A stretch of 64,000 bases of DNA from the NCBI GenBank assembly GCA_051362555.1, contig CM120640.1, positions 19,654,001 through 19,718,000 on the forward strand, read 5' to 3'. Each line of letters opens with the position of its first letter. The stretch's first letter is position 1. This DNA is from Lingula anatina (taxonomy: Eukaryota; Animalia; Brachiopoda). The position numbers and the translations under genes are program-made. The notes below the pieces were generated by a model. The model was not told where the DNA came from and searched no databases. It saw only the letters and a list, made by a program, of their open reading frames with translations. This document shows positions 1 through 12,400 of the stretch, one piece after another.

Positions 1-1792
1 AATGACCTTGTTGATGCTGTTTATGGGTGAATTGCATGTAAAACCATATGCATGAGATTGCATCCTCCCATTTTCCCCAGTGAGGATTGTGAATCCTCTT
101 CCCAGGGTCTCAGTAGATAGCAAAGTTGAAATATTTTGCTGTGCTTCTAAAATGTGTTTAGTGGGGTGTTTCTTAATCCATGCACACCTGTGCTTTTTTC
201 CAATCAACAGTGTGCACATGTTAAGAATTTTAACATAACTGTTCCTGCTTTGAATGGACGATTACCTAAAAAGAGCAGGAATAAGTTAAGCTGGTACCTT
301 TCTTTTTTCTGTTGTCTATAGTCCCGAGCCTGGTGAATTATTCATAGTTAACAGTTGCGATTTTTGCTCTTTCAGGCATTTGTCTTCTAGCCTTAATTGC
401 AAAGATTGTTCGGGGTAGTTTTTATGCAATTTGAAGAGAGGTAATTATGTGGAAATTATATCCTATTCTTAGATGACCAAAGCATTATGTATTAGGAGTA
501 TATTTGATAATTTTATTCTTGTTTAGTATCGTGTGATGGAAATAATGTAAAAATTGTAAGAGATGAAAAACAATTATGCAACTTGCATTTCTTCAAGGAT
601 ATGAATTTACAATAAAGGTGAGAACAAGCAAAGAGTTTTCAGGATTTGATTTATTGTATACTTTGTATAAATGTTAGTTATCACTATATCACAAATGTAT
701 TTTTGTTAAAGAGGTACTAGTTTGGACATCAGACAAAATATTATAAAAATGATGTTGGTGTCTGAGGATACAAAAGAAAAAAATTTGATTACCAATTTAA
801 TGCATTTGTCTTTCTAAAATGCAATTTAATCACTCAACCCTAGTAAAGAAATTTTAATTGGAAATAAAATACTTTGTCATTCCAAACCATCCTCATTGTA
901 CCTGAGTAAACACTAAAAATATAGCATGCTTTTTTTCATTATGGACATAAAGGCATCACTTTTGTCACACAAAAAATGTTAACCATATTATAATAGAAAA
1001 AAATTTAAAAATTTGGCATCGTTTTGTTAAGCACAATTCACAGCATTGGCAATAACATGTAACAAAAAACTATCTGGAGGCTAAAAGCCTGGCTCAAAAA
1101 GACTGTTGTATGCATGTTGGATAAAGTATCAGTGGCACTAACTTTAGTACAAACTGTCTACCTTCAAAGGCAAGTTATTAAGCTTGGCTTGTTATCTATG
1201 AGCAAGAAATTTCACCATGCTTCATGATGTTTAAGTTTTGCTAAAGCTAATCGACACATTTGACCATGAAGTTTAGTGGACCTATGCAATATAAAGATAC
1301 AGGCACATTTCCTACTGGTATATATCTACATGTGACACAGGGGGACTTAGAACAAATTCTCTTAAAATAAAGCAAATTGTATGTACAGTACACTTCTTAG
1401 CATTATAGTCCAATATGTATAATCAAATTGGTGCATTGGCACAAAGTTGTCCTCTCTTTTAAAGAATATGAGCACTAGCAGATGTGATGAAACTTGGGAC
1501 CCATGGGTCTAAGGAGAAAGTAACCAGAAATTAATTGTACAATAAATAAACATTTTTGTATGAAATGAATTTGCAAGAAGAAGAAGCTTATTCTACATAC
1601 ATTTCTGAGAAAAGGGATATCATGATACTGGTAATTAAAAAAAGCATCTTAAAGATTTGAAAAGAACAACAGTGTGCAAAAACATCTTTCACTTATACCT
1701 GCAATAACATTTAAATTAAGGAATGTAGTAGAGTAAAAAAATATCTTTACACTATGTGCAGATTATCATCATAAGTTTTTCAAATGAGATCA

Positions 1793-4305
1793 TTATTTGC
1801 GTAACCATGGCAATTTCACAATTTTCCTTGAATCAGGCCATTCAAAGCGTGTCTGGTATTCTGTGAAACTTGACTCGTACTGCCCCTTCATGAGTGGACG
1901 TCCACTGGCCATGAAATTTGGTGTTGGGTTGATAAGAAAGTCACTGGTCTTTGGGTCAAGAGGTGGACGCTTGTACCTGACCATATACTCCGTCTTCCCT
2001 GGGAATGTCATGTTGATACCACAGGATTCTTGGACGCTCTGTGTCTTGGGGCCATTTGCTGTGATCATTGTGGTGTTATAGGCTTGAAGGTGATCCATGG
2101 TACCTGAAAATAAAAAAAAACATGTTGATGTTGACATTTTCATGGTATTGGTTTAAAAAAAATTACATTTCAATATCATTCCATGATGTTAAACTTTGAG
2201 AATTGATAATTTTTGAATGTCTTCCTGTACTTGTCTATTCTATCTTCTTTGGAAAACAGTGATGACAGCTTTATATTGTTGTGTTGCATTTTACTTTGCC
2301 AACTACATTTTCTAAATGTGTACCTTGTTTTTATTCTTTGAATTAAGTATCCATAAATATGTATTTTGTTTCAATATAACTGCTGACATGTTGGCATAAT
2401 ATAAAGCAGTTCATGACAAATTTTAAAATAACATTTACATATATGATAATATGTGGGATATGTATACCTGAAGTTTGCCTTTCTCCGCCAGTGGATCCTA
2501 CTCTTCTCTGCAGGCTTTTGTTTGTGCCCATATATGTTTGATGAAGTTCTCTAGCGCCTATGTGACCCTTGTCTGTTGAGTAACCTCTTTGATTTCCTGC
2601 CGAAATGAAGCAATAATGATCTTGATTTCATACTGACAAAATGCTCAAAACTACAGTCCCCATACAGTAATTCTCTGTATATTACAATTAGAAATTAACA
2701 GTTTCTTTTTTAATTACTCTTTGGTGAATGGTCAAAATTGCTTGCCTCTTGGCTACAGGTTTAAATAATGTTTAATTTCTCCATACGTTTTATTAAGTTG
2801 ATTATTACATGGCAGGTCTGTGCACGCGTTCACCTTTGTCAATTCAAATTATCCTTGTTAATATAGGCCATTGATAAATAATTTCTTTGAGATAATAATA
2901 TTGAAATAAATGTACATGTATATATAATATTGAATATATCTTAATTAATAAGAATAATATTAAAAGTAACCTGGGACAGCTCCATAAGACATCTGCTGCC
3001 CACTGCTAGGATGGTTTGCTCTCCAGCCAACATTCAAACTGCTGTTATAAGCATTTCTCTTGGTGTCCAGCCAGCTCATGCCCAGTACCACTGGGTCCCG
3101 AGAACCTCTGGTCAGCATGTGGCGGTACCCATTGAAACGGTCAGTGACACCTATGTGGTCCGAAAATTGCTGGATGCGGTTGTGGGCATTCAATGCATAT
3201 GGACTCAGTGCCTGGAACATGAGAGATTTGGAAAATATAGTTATTGATCCAAATGAAAAAACACTGCTTAATTAGAAAAATTACTCATAAAATGTTAATC
3301 AGTGGTGGAAATATGTCTACATTCCATGCATATTTGTAAATTTATTGAATCATTTTTAATTGGAAAATTACATTTAGTTATAAAGCAAATGGTAAAACTA
3401 CTCCAACACTCACTTCCTGACTTGCTTCTAAAGTTTTATCTGCCCAGTGATGTGCTTCGCGGATCTCATTTTCCTGCTTCCCATCCAAAGCCTTTCCACT
3501 CATGGAGTTCTTGAGGTCAAAGAAAGCTTGTTGAACATGCTGGCCAGCATGGGTTGCCCCTACATAAGGAGAAAATGTGACAATTAAATGTGTGGATTGA
3601 AACATATTGGAAAACGTTTCTCTCTATCCATCCATTGATCAAACACTTTGGAAGCAAGTGATACTGACACTTTGCATTACACAGATTAATTGCTATAAGG
3701 TTTTCTGGTGGAATGTTTATTCAATAACCACTACAATCAAAACCAAAAGGACATAACTGACTCACCGCATATCCTATTTATCATCAATAATTCAATTTAC
3801 AATGCATATGATCTAATATTGATTTAACTACTCTGGGCTGACTTATATATATAAACCTAAATTATTTGTGCACTGCAATTCTGCTCAACCAGCATGGTGT
3901 TGTATTACGCTGTAAAAAATTCAAAACCTGCAAAATCCAGTCAGTTACTTAATGGTAATAATAATAATTAATGTGGTTTCAAACCAAGCACCTGTTGCCT
4001 TAATTGCCTTGCAATTACAGACATTAATATAATATTAAATATTAATTAGGGGGCATACCCATGTGCTCCTGCATAAGCTTGTCCTGATCAAACCCTTGTT
4101 TCCATTCTTTGGATGTAGCTAATAAATTTTGGTCGAACTTCAGGTGGTTGAGACTGTTGTCTATATCATATGCTTTCCGCGCGAGCTCGTCGGTGACATA
4201 GTACTGTCCGCTCCTCAAAACGTCATTGACATCATGTTTTAGAGTGTGCACAGAACCCAACAAAGCGTGGTTTACGCTCTGCTCTGGACGTGCAGATGCC
4301 AGCAT
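1793..4305 (-). CDS. Uncharacterised protein, 5 exons, ~357 aa; possible ciliary/sperm microtubule inner protein
   Basis: Exons (minus) 4305-4059, 3559-3414, 3211-2971, 2596-2468, 2103-1793. All introns are GT-AG and phases are compatible (1,0,1,1); total 1074 nt = 358 codons with no internal stop. An in-frame TGA lies upstream of the ATG at 4305. The C-terminus contains GKTEYMVRYKRP and SFTEYQTRFEWP. The donor after exon 3 (GTTACT) is weak. The family is not recognised; the function is inference. Confidence 0.75.
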
Positions 4306-4777
4306 GATGCTACCGAGATGAAAACGCCCTGGTGGTACAAACTGGAGGGAAATAGCACAGGTGCTGGGTGCCTTTGGCTTTCAGGCGTGTTTAGCTTTAG
4401 CCATAAGTTAGATACGCATAGCCACGTGCTTGGCAACCCAAGAAAAGCCAAATCCGTTCTTCGGGTATGAAAGCGAGTTGTTAATGTTACATGGCCCGTG
4501 GAATTATGATTTGTCATTTTTGCCCATTTATGTATCTGTTATGTGATGGTTGGATGATTTCTTATCAACCCAGCTGTAGCATTCCTGCGCTTTCTGATTT
4601 GTTTCATATTGGTGTTTTGGATTTTCTTCAGTGCCACCTAACGTTCTACATGTGACTTTGAAAGGAAATGTTTACAAAAGTGGATGAAAAGGTGCAGCGA
4701 GTCATAAAATGACGTGAAAACGGGTCTAGAAATTCAACAGGTCGACGTAAAAAGCAGAGCCATTTCAGTGTCCAACA
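4306..4777. promoter_or_regulatory. Bidirectional promoter/5' UTR region between the orphan gene and the ITIH-like gene
   Basis: 472 bp between divergent ATGs (4305 minus, 4778 plus), relatively CpG-rich. Contains an X-box-like ACGTGCTTGGCAAC (4424-4437), forkhead TGTTTAC (4669-4675) and a CRE-like TGACGT near 4710. Motif function is inferred. Confidence 0.55.
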
Positions 4778-6823
4778 ATGTCATTAACAGCGAAACAGGT
4801 GCTCGTGCTCTTCTTCATCATTAAAAGCGGGTTTGTAACGTGTGCTGCTTCTAAACGTTTTAATGATGACGTGAGTTTGGTTCTGCGTGTTGGAAATGGT
4901 GACACTGACAACCATGTTATAGGAAGTAGAAGTAAGAGGGACACCTCCAGCTCAGGTGCGGTGACGATGACCAACCTCCAGGTCGTTTCAACCATCCAGT
5001 CTCACTACGCCAAGACAATAATAACCAGTGTCATGGAAAACGGGGCTACCAGTGGAAACGGGACTGAGACATCCTTCATGGTTCAGATCCCCGAAGAGGC
5101 ATTTATCTCTTCTTTTAACATGGAAATCAACGGCACATGGTATGCATCAGCTGTCCTGTCCAAAGCAGAGGCACAGAAGATTTATGATGCTGCGAGAAAT
5201 CAAAGTCAGAATGCAGGAATGGTGAGCAGTGCAGGCCCCTCCGGTTCCTCTCAAGAAACTGTTAAGTATCGGAAAAAATTCAATGTCAACACCAACATTG
5301 CCCCTGGAAGCCGAGTAACCTTTGTGTTAACCTATGAGGAACTTTTGGAGCGCAAACTTGGGAAGTATGATCATATCATTAGTGTTCGCCCTAATCAGAC
5401 AGTAGCCAACTTGACCATAGCAGTGGACATTGATGAACCCCAGGGACTTACGAGTCTGGAAGTTGATGAGCCCTCTCTTCCCCAGGCATCAGTACAGTCA
5501 GTGAGCAGCATGGTGAAGAAGATTCAGTACAGCCCTACAGTGGCTCAACAACAAGCTCAGAATGCTGTCAAAGGGATCGATGGTGATTTCATCGTGACAT
5601 ACGTGCTTCAAGACACCAATAATGGTGGTGTAATTTTGGTTGGAAATGGTGGATACTTTGTCCAATACATTGCTCCCACAGGACTTAATGCCCTTCCCAA
5701 ATCGGTATATTTTGTGGTCGATGTTAGCGGGTCCATGAGTGGGCAGAAAATTGAACAAGCAAAGAATGCCATGCTAGCCATACTAGATCAGCTGGACACT
5801 TCTATGGATTACTTTGGTATTGTGTTGTTTGATGACACTTTGGAATACTGGCCTGATACTAAGTCTTTAGTTCAGGCCACTTCAGAGAGAATCAGCAGTG
5901 CCAAGTCATTTGCTAATGAAAAAATAAAGGCTCGTGGAGGCACAGACATCAACAGTGGTTTAGTTGCAGCATCCCAGGCTTTGAAAAACCAACCCAGTAG
6001 CAGAGCATCAATCATCGTCTTCCTGACTGATGGACAACCAACTTCTGGTGTTTACGACACAAAGGTAATTCGACAGAACATCCTGCAAGAAACCAGTGGC
6101 ACAGGCATCGGGATTTTTTCCATTGGTTTTGGGACTGGAGTGAACAGTGACTTCATGAGGGCAGTGTCCTATGAAAATTGTGGCAGATATCAGTTCATAG
6201 CAGATGACGCAGAGGCAAGCAAAGAATTGGAAAACTTCTTCAGGCAATTGGGATCGCCTCTTATTAAAGGTGTCCAGGTTGAGTATTCCAATAATTTGGT
6301 GGACCAGACCAGCCTTAGCAACACGACCAAGTGCCTCCATTTCAGTGGCAGTGAGATGGTAGTGGTTGGGAAACTTCAGAGTCCAACATGCCCCAGCAGT
6401 TGGCAGAGCCGTGTAACAGGGCAGGGAAAAACGACCAACATTGATCTTTACAGCAGCGCTGCAACGTGCACCAATGAAGCCTTCTTGGAGCGTTTATGGG
6501 CGTACAAAAAGATTAATTCCTTACTTGACCAGATGAATGCACTCAGTGATAATGATGTGCTTAAAAAAGAAGTTGAAGCCAAGGCTTTAAACATGTCTTT
6601 GGAGTACAACTTTGTGACACCACTGACTTCAATGGTAGTAGTCCAGTCGGCAGATTACCAGGTTAGGAATCAGGAAGACCTATTTATTCAGTCACTTGGT
6701 GGTCGGATTAACAGTAAAGGTACTGGTATTACTGGATCTAGAAGCTCTACCAAGTGTTTGTCACTTGTTCTTTTTGTCGCAGTGATGTCTTATATGGGAT
6801 TAAATGTCCAGCTGGGATTTTAA
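4778..6823 (+). CDS. Inter-alpha-trypsin inhibitor heavy chain-like protein (VIT + vWA domains), single exon, secreted and probably GPI-anchored
   Basis: Uninterrupted 681-aa ORF. Hydrophobic N-terminal signal peptide, RSKR furin-type site, and VIT-like segment (STIQSHYAKTIITSVMEN...AFISSFNMEING...FVLTYEELLER). vWA MIDAS motifs VYFVVDVSGSMSG, GGTDIN and FLTDGQPT. ITIH hallmarks ERLWAY and YNFVTPLTSMVVV. Hydrophobic C-terminal tail LSLVLFVAVMSYMGL. Confidence 0.92.
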   Translation: MSLTAKQVLVLFFIIKSGFVTCAASKRFNDDVSLVLRVGNGDTDNHVIGSRSKRDTSSSGAVTMTNLQVVSTIQSHYAKTIITSVMENGATSGNGTETSFMVQIPEEAFISSFNMEINGTWYASAVLSKAEAQKIYDAARNQSQNAGMVSSAGPSGSSQETVKYRKKFNVNTNIAPGSRVTFVLTYEELLERKLGKYDHIISVRPNQTVANLTIAVDIDEPQGLTSLEVDEPSLPQASVQSVSSMVKKIQYSPTVAQQQAQNAVKGIDGDFIVTYVLQDTNNGGVILVGNGGYFVQYIAPTGLNALPKSVYFVVDVSGSMSGQKIEQAKNAMLAILDQLDTSMDYFGIVLFDDTLEYWPDTKSLVQATSERISSAKSFANEKIKARGGTDINSGLVAASQALKNQPSSRASIIVFLTDGQPTSGVYDTKVIRQNILQETSGTGIGIFSIGFGTGVNSDFMRAVSYENCGRYQFIADDAEASKELENFFRQLGSPLIKGVQVEYSNNLVDQTSLSNTTKCLHFSGSEMVVVGKLQSPTCPSSWQSRVTGQGKTTNIDLYSSAATCTNEAFLERLWAYKKINSLLDQMNALSDNDVLKKEVEAKALNMSLEYNFVTPLTSMVVVQSADYQVRNQEDLFIQSLGGRINSKGTGITGSRSSTKCLSLVLFVAVMSYMGLNVQLGF

Positions 6824-7005
6824 TTAGGTTGGATTATTTTTAGATATATGAAAATGAATTGAATTTCTTTCATTGTAATCATATCTCTTTATCTGTTGTG
6901 GCTGAAATGAGTTATTATTTTGAGATAAAATAATAGTGTATGTATTATTGTGTCTGTTACTACACTTTTAAAGTCAGAATTGTCATATTTTGAATTAGAA
7001 AATTA

Positions 7006-7072
<67 letters not shown>
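7006..7072. repeat. (TG)n(TA)n microsatellite in the ITIH-like 3' region
   Basis: Read directly: a short TG run followed by a long TA run. Confidence 0.95.
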
Positions 7073-7075
<3 letters not shown>

Positions 7076-7900
7076 GTACAGCATTGTAATATTGAAGGCA
7101 GCTAATCTGTGAAGATGTTTAAGGCTGATATTTATGTCATAATACATCCCTACAGAAATCTATGGGAGCAGAATGAAGTTCTTGTTACACACTAAAGGAT
7201 ATGGAATCCAACATGTTTGTTTACAGATATAGATTTATATGGCTGGATTTAAATACCAGCTTATCATTCTTACTAATGTGATCCATCTGAAAAAAAGAAA
7301 CATTTATAATATGGTCACCAGATTTTGTGTGTAATTGATATCCACTGAGGTATAAAGAGTGTAAGATAGGAAAGGCCGAATTTGGCCAGTTTAGTTTGAT
7401 GCCCCAAATCTTTAATACTGTATACTTCTTAATCAAGTGCTTCTGTGATAATTATACTGTAGCTTCAATTTTATTTGTAAAAAATTGTAGACAGTTTAAA
7501 TAGTTATTGTACAGAGATTTATTTTTGAATGTTTAATTATTTAAAAGTTTTATAATGTGCACATTACCTAATCATGTACTTGAAACCTCTGCTGTACAAA
7601 CATTTCAGGAGTGAAGGGAAAATGTCTTAGATAATTTACAAGGACTTGTTAATTACTAAATTAAATGTCAAAGCATCAGCATTTAAGTATTTTGAATGGA
7701 CTTCAGGTAAAAAAAAAAAAAAAACTTGGACCATCAGGTCTTTGTGCCATATCTCTTGCTAGTAATTAAATTCCATGATTTTTATAGGTGTAATTTATTG
7801 TTGATAATGCTTGGATATATATATCTTATGTTGATAATGTAAACTTCACTGCAAATTAAAAATTATCACTCAACTTTTTTAGAAGGAAAACGGTGTAGTG

Positions 7901-7947
7901 AATAAAATTTCAAGATTTTAAAATGCCTTTTAAGAAATGAATTTATT
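7901..7947. terminator. Convergent poly(A) signals of the ITIH-like gene (+) and DENND5 (-)
   Basis: AATAAA at 7901-7906 faces TTTATT at 7942-7947. The plus strand shifts from T-rich to A-rich across this point. Other hexamers exist nearby, so usage is inferred. Confidence 0.45.
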
Positions 7948-9415
7948 GCCAGTCATGGTTTTCACTTATATACAAATGATGAGATAATATGAGAGATCAA
8001 CATACTGAATACAGAGCACAATGACTAGAATCGTGTTATACTGTTCTGGCAGTGTAATTTTAGACTTATAGTTATCACCATTAATAATAAATAAAACAAT
8101 CATTTTATAAAATCCTCAAGAAAAGTCTTAAGACAAAATTAAATATTTCTTCACCTTCAACAGAGAGGAAAAGATTTTGTTTACAGCACCTAATGTAAGC
8201 AAGTTAAAAGCGGTATAACTTATAACAAGAAAATAAGGAACGTCAAGTGCACAAGATGATGTGTGCTTTTTTGCCCTTATTATTTTCACTTTTTAAGTTA
8301 AATCCATGACATTTTAATATTGAATTAAAAGAGAACTGAGAATGGTATACAATTTATCATTCACAGCAGAATTGCTATCAAACTGACGCTAAGAAAAAAT
8401 AAAACTGCAATATTGCATCAACCCAATGCATCTAATAAAATGAGACTTAAATGCTTATACAGAATAACACATTAAACCACTCATTCACAAATAAAATGAC
8501 AGAATGAATGAGAAATACCATTTTCAAGGCAATTTTCTAAGTAATCTCAATAGCACCCTTGTGAGGCAGTAATACTGGCTTTAAAAAGTATGTACATCAT
8601 ATGAGCAAGGATACTCATCCTCAAGACTTCAACTATAAACTTAACTGTGCTGTTAAACTTAAACATAGCTGTGCCATGCAGCTTTGGTTCAGTCTGTAAT
8701 TATATTTATACATATAACAGATGTCATACGATATAGAAAACTGCTAAACAAAATCACATAAAAAGTGTGGGCCTTTCAATTAATTAGACAAGTAATTCAT
8801 CAGTATTCAAACACTTCAAAGCATATAAAAAACCCAACCCAATGTCATAACTATCTCAATATCAGTTAAGTCACTGTCATCTTACCATGGACTAGGAGGT
8901 GGGATCACATCTTGTCCACTTCTGTGATTAAACACCATTAAAAATCAAATGAAACAAGAAGACATTTAAATATCACACAAGGGCAACGATCTTCTTAAAA
9001 AAATTCAAACCCATAATGCATTTTAGGGTAAAACCCTTTACTGCTATATTTGCCTGGTATTTCTTAACCAGTGGTCCGACATGTGGCAAGACCAAAGACA
9101 CCATTCCTCAACAAGATACCGATAACCGCCCAGATGTAAACTGCTACTAATGCACTGTTCTTCAAAATATTACTATACGGTGGGTTAGCATATCCTATAA
9201 CTCAGTATCATTCTAGAAAATTCCTTAACCTCTGGCCTTAATGCCTTATAATTAGCAATTTGCCAATTGTCCACTCTCATACTGACCACCGCAATGTCTA
9301 GACATGCAGTCCACTGTAAGAGAAGTGTGCTTTTTCATTCTACACTATCAGGATAATTTTCTTTCTCTAGTTCGATGTCCACTTACTGACCCATGTCCTT
9401 ATTGGAGTAAAAGCT

Positions 9416-12400
9416 CTAAACATCCAAGCCTTTGACAAGAGATGCCTCCAATGTTATTGTGAAGTCTCTGAGTGAGTGAATTAAATGAACAACAAAGTTC
9501 AGCAAGGTTGGTTCTCTCATGAAGGAATTTTCCTCATACATACTGGCAGTGACTGGTGCCTCAGCCATGACAGGCAGCCAGCGCTCTAGAACATGATCCC
9601 TGAAAGATTGAAAAATGTTTAACATCAAAATCACAATTAGTATTTCTTATCATTAATTATGTGAAATCATGTACTGTTACAGTGTATACAACTGTATACA
9701 AACACTTGTTTGCATTTTTTCGAAACTTCTACTCATATATATAATATCTAGTCAAAAGTCCAATAAAATATTACAACATAGATATTTGAATGTGAAATCA
9801 CTATGTATCTTTAATCTTTGCGTAAATTGACTGACTGGATTCCAATCTTGTGTTCACTTTTACCAGAAAGTACTACTAGTATTACAATTACAAATATGCT
9901 TTGGATATGGCCTGAGTACAATAAATCATGGATCCTAGAATATGCTCACCTTAGACCCACACACACAAAGAGCTGAAATTTCCCATCTTTCCCTACACTC
10001 TGTGATGCTTCATTTATCCTGGCAACCACATTGCAATAAGACATGTATGCTGCTCTTTTCATCTGGGAGACTTTTACATCCTCTTTCAATGCACTGGCAA
10101 AGTAAGCTTGGCATTTTTCTGTAATCATGAACAGCTGGATAAAATTCTCATTTTTTAAACACCTATAAGTATCTCTCTCTCTTTGTTCAAATATTTAAAA
10201 GCAATTATAACATTTCACTTTTCAAATATATTTAGCACAGCATTAACTTGATAAAACATTTATAATATGTATAAAAAAATCAAAGTCCATTTACATGATG
10301 GAAAGTTACTGCATTTTTATTCAGGGGCGGATTGAGGCCGTCTTCTGGGTCTTCCAGAAGACGGTCAGGTTTTCAACTTTACAATGACGGGTATCTAATT
10401 TTTTTTGTCGGAAGACGGTCAGAAAAGGAGGATGGATGAACAAAGATAATTGGGAACACTGTCAGAAAATATCTCTGGATCCGCCCCTGTTATTGTATGG
10501 TATTATATTGTATTGTATTATCTAAAATAACGAAGGGGAATCCTTGACACAATCACTTCCTAAGGGAAAAAGACCCGACCTATGTAGTCCCATGCATATA
10601 GTCTATTCCTGAACAGCCTGGCAGATTTGTAACCATACTGGAACACATTGTCTAAACACTCCACTAGCCCACCTTCTCCACACAACAGGTAAGTTAAGCT
10701 GCCTCGCTAAATAAAAGAATCAATAAACTATTATTATCAAAGTACATTGAAGTTTGGCAAACATCCACTTTTTTAAAGAAGGCACTTAAAAATTGTACAA
10801 AGAGACATACATGAAACTAGGTCATCTGGAATGACTGTATTTTTCTAAAAGAAAATTCTGCACTGCATGCTATGAATAGTACTTGACATAAAGAAACCAG
10901 AAACTGGTGAAGTTGAATTCAGTGCTCACTTGTATACATGAATGAAAAACACAAATTGTTTATTTTCCCAAGAGATGATATGGGTCACAATGACATTGCA
11001 GGGGTAACCTATGAACAGCACACACAAAACTTTGTTCTGTATCTCCTACTGAATGAAAATAAAAATTACAAAATGCCTAGCAGTTCTCCCTACCTCCTTT
11101 TCTGGTTTGTAGTAATGTTTCACCAAGTTGTTGACAGATTCCCCCAACATCTGCTGTATTTCTGGCAGTCTGACCTCTGAGAAGAAGATATCAAAATTAA
11201 TACCAGTGGCATATGCACAATATACAAACCATCATTTTAAAACTTACTCGAGTATGGATACCATGTGCTGCTCAACAAAAGATGCTTTACTTGATCCTAC
11301 ACACTATATGTTGTCAAAATTCTACTCTACGAAAATAATCTGACTCAATGCTGTTTCAAGAATTAAATAATGATACTGAGATCACAGACACATAGAATAC
11401 TTTCTATAGAAGTACCCTGTTCATTACATTAATCTTTATGAAAGATAAAATTCAATCTGACAAGTGTTTAATATTCTGTGATAAGTTTCATGAATGTGTC
11501 TCCAAATTTTGAAATAATGTATCCACTGAGACTGGCTAAAACAACTTACTAGTCTCTGGTGCCTTCCTTGGTAAAATAGGTGACCTTGTCCTGGGTGGAG
11601 TGCTGCATGCATAGCATAGATCTGGAAAAAAACTCCAAAGTGATCTTACATATTTTAAGGTGAGGCACCTGTATACAAAGGCGTTTGTTAAGGTTCTAGG
11701 ATAACAAATTTGTGGATTTCTTTCTTGTCTTTTAATTTTTTTTTTTTTCAGATTTATCTACTTAGGTCTACATCATTAAAATATCAAGGTGGAGAAAAGA
11801 TATACCTCTTAAAATAAAACTGACATGACTTAAAATAAACAGCAATAAACCAAGTAATATTTCTGTAAGTGAAAACATTCTTACCTTCTCCATCAGTTGT
11901 GAGAGGAACCAGCTCACCAACCAGTAGTCGCTCAATACTGCCATCGTCAATTCCTTTTCCTAGCCATCGTCCACATGGAAACCTGAAATTACACAAATGC
12001 ACAAATTGACTCTATGAAACATGTATTGGATAATGAAGAAAAGAAGAAAGACTAATTATCTAGTCTGCACAGATGGTAAATATACAGACACTAAACAGAA
12101 CATTGTGTATTACTGTAAGTCTGATCAAGATCTCTGACCATACTTCTTCCCTATACCATACAACATCCTTATGTTCAAACTAATACAAAACAAAGGTATC
12201 TCACAAATAATTCTAATTCTGTGCTCCTATTAATTCTGTAAAGAGCATAAACAACTCACTTGTAAGTATGTCCAGTGATATCATTTCTGACCAAGACATG
12301 CTCTATCATCCACTTAGGTGTTATTCCACTGTTATCATGGCCTATCCTCAGGGTGGTCAGCATGCCAAGGTTCTTGTGCTAAATTAGGCAAAAGTTACAG

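Noticed and set aside
4272-4517. 81-aa minus-strand ORF overlapping the start of the orphan gene
   Set aside because: It is out of frame with the spliced CDS and has no recognisable motif. At most it is an upstream ORF if the TSS lies beyond 4517.
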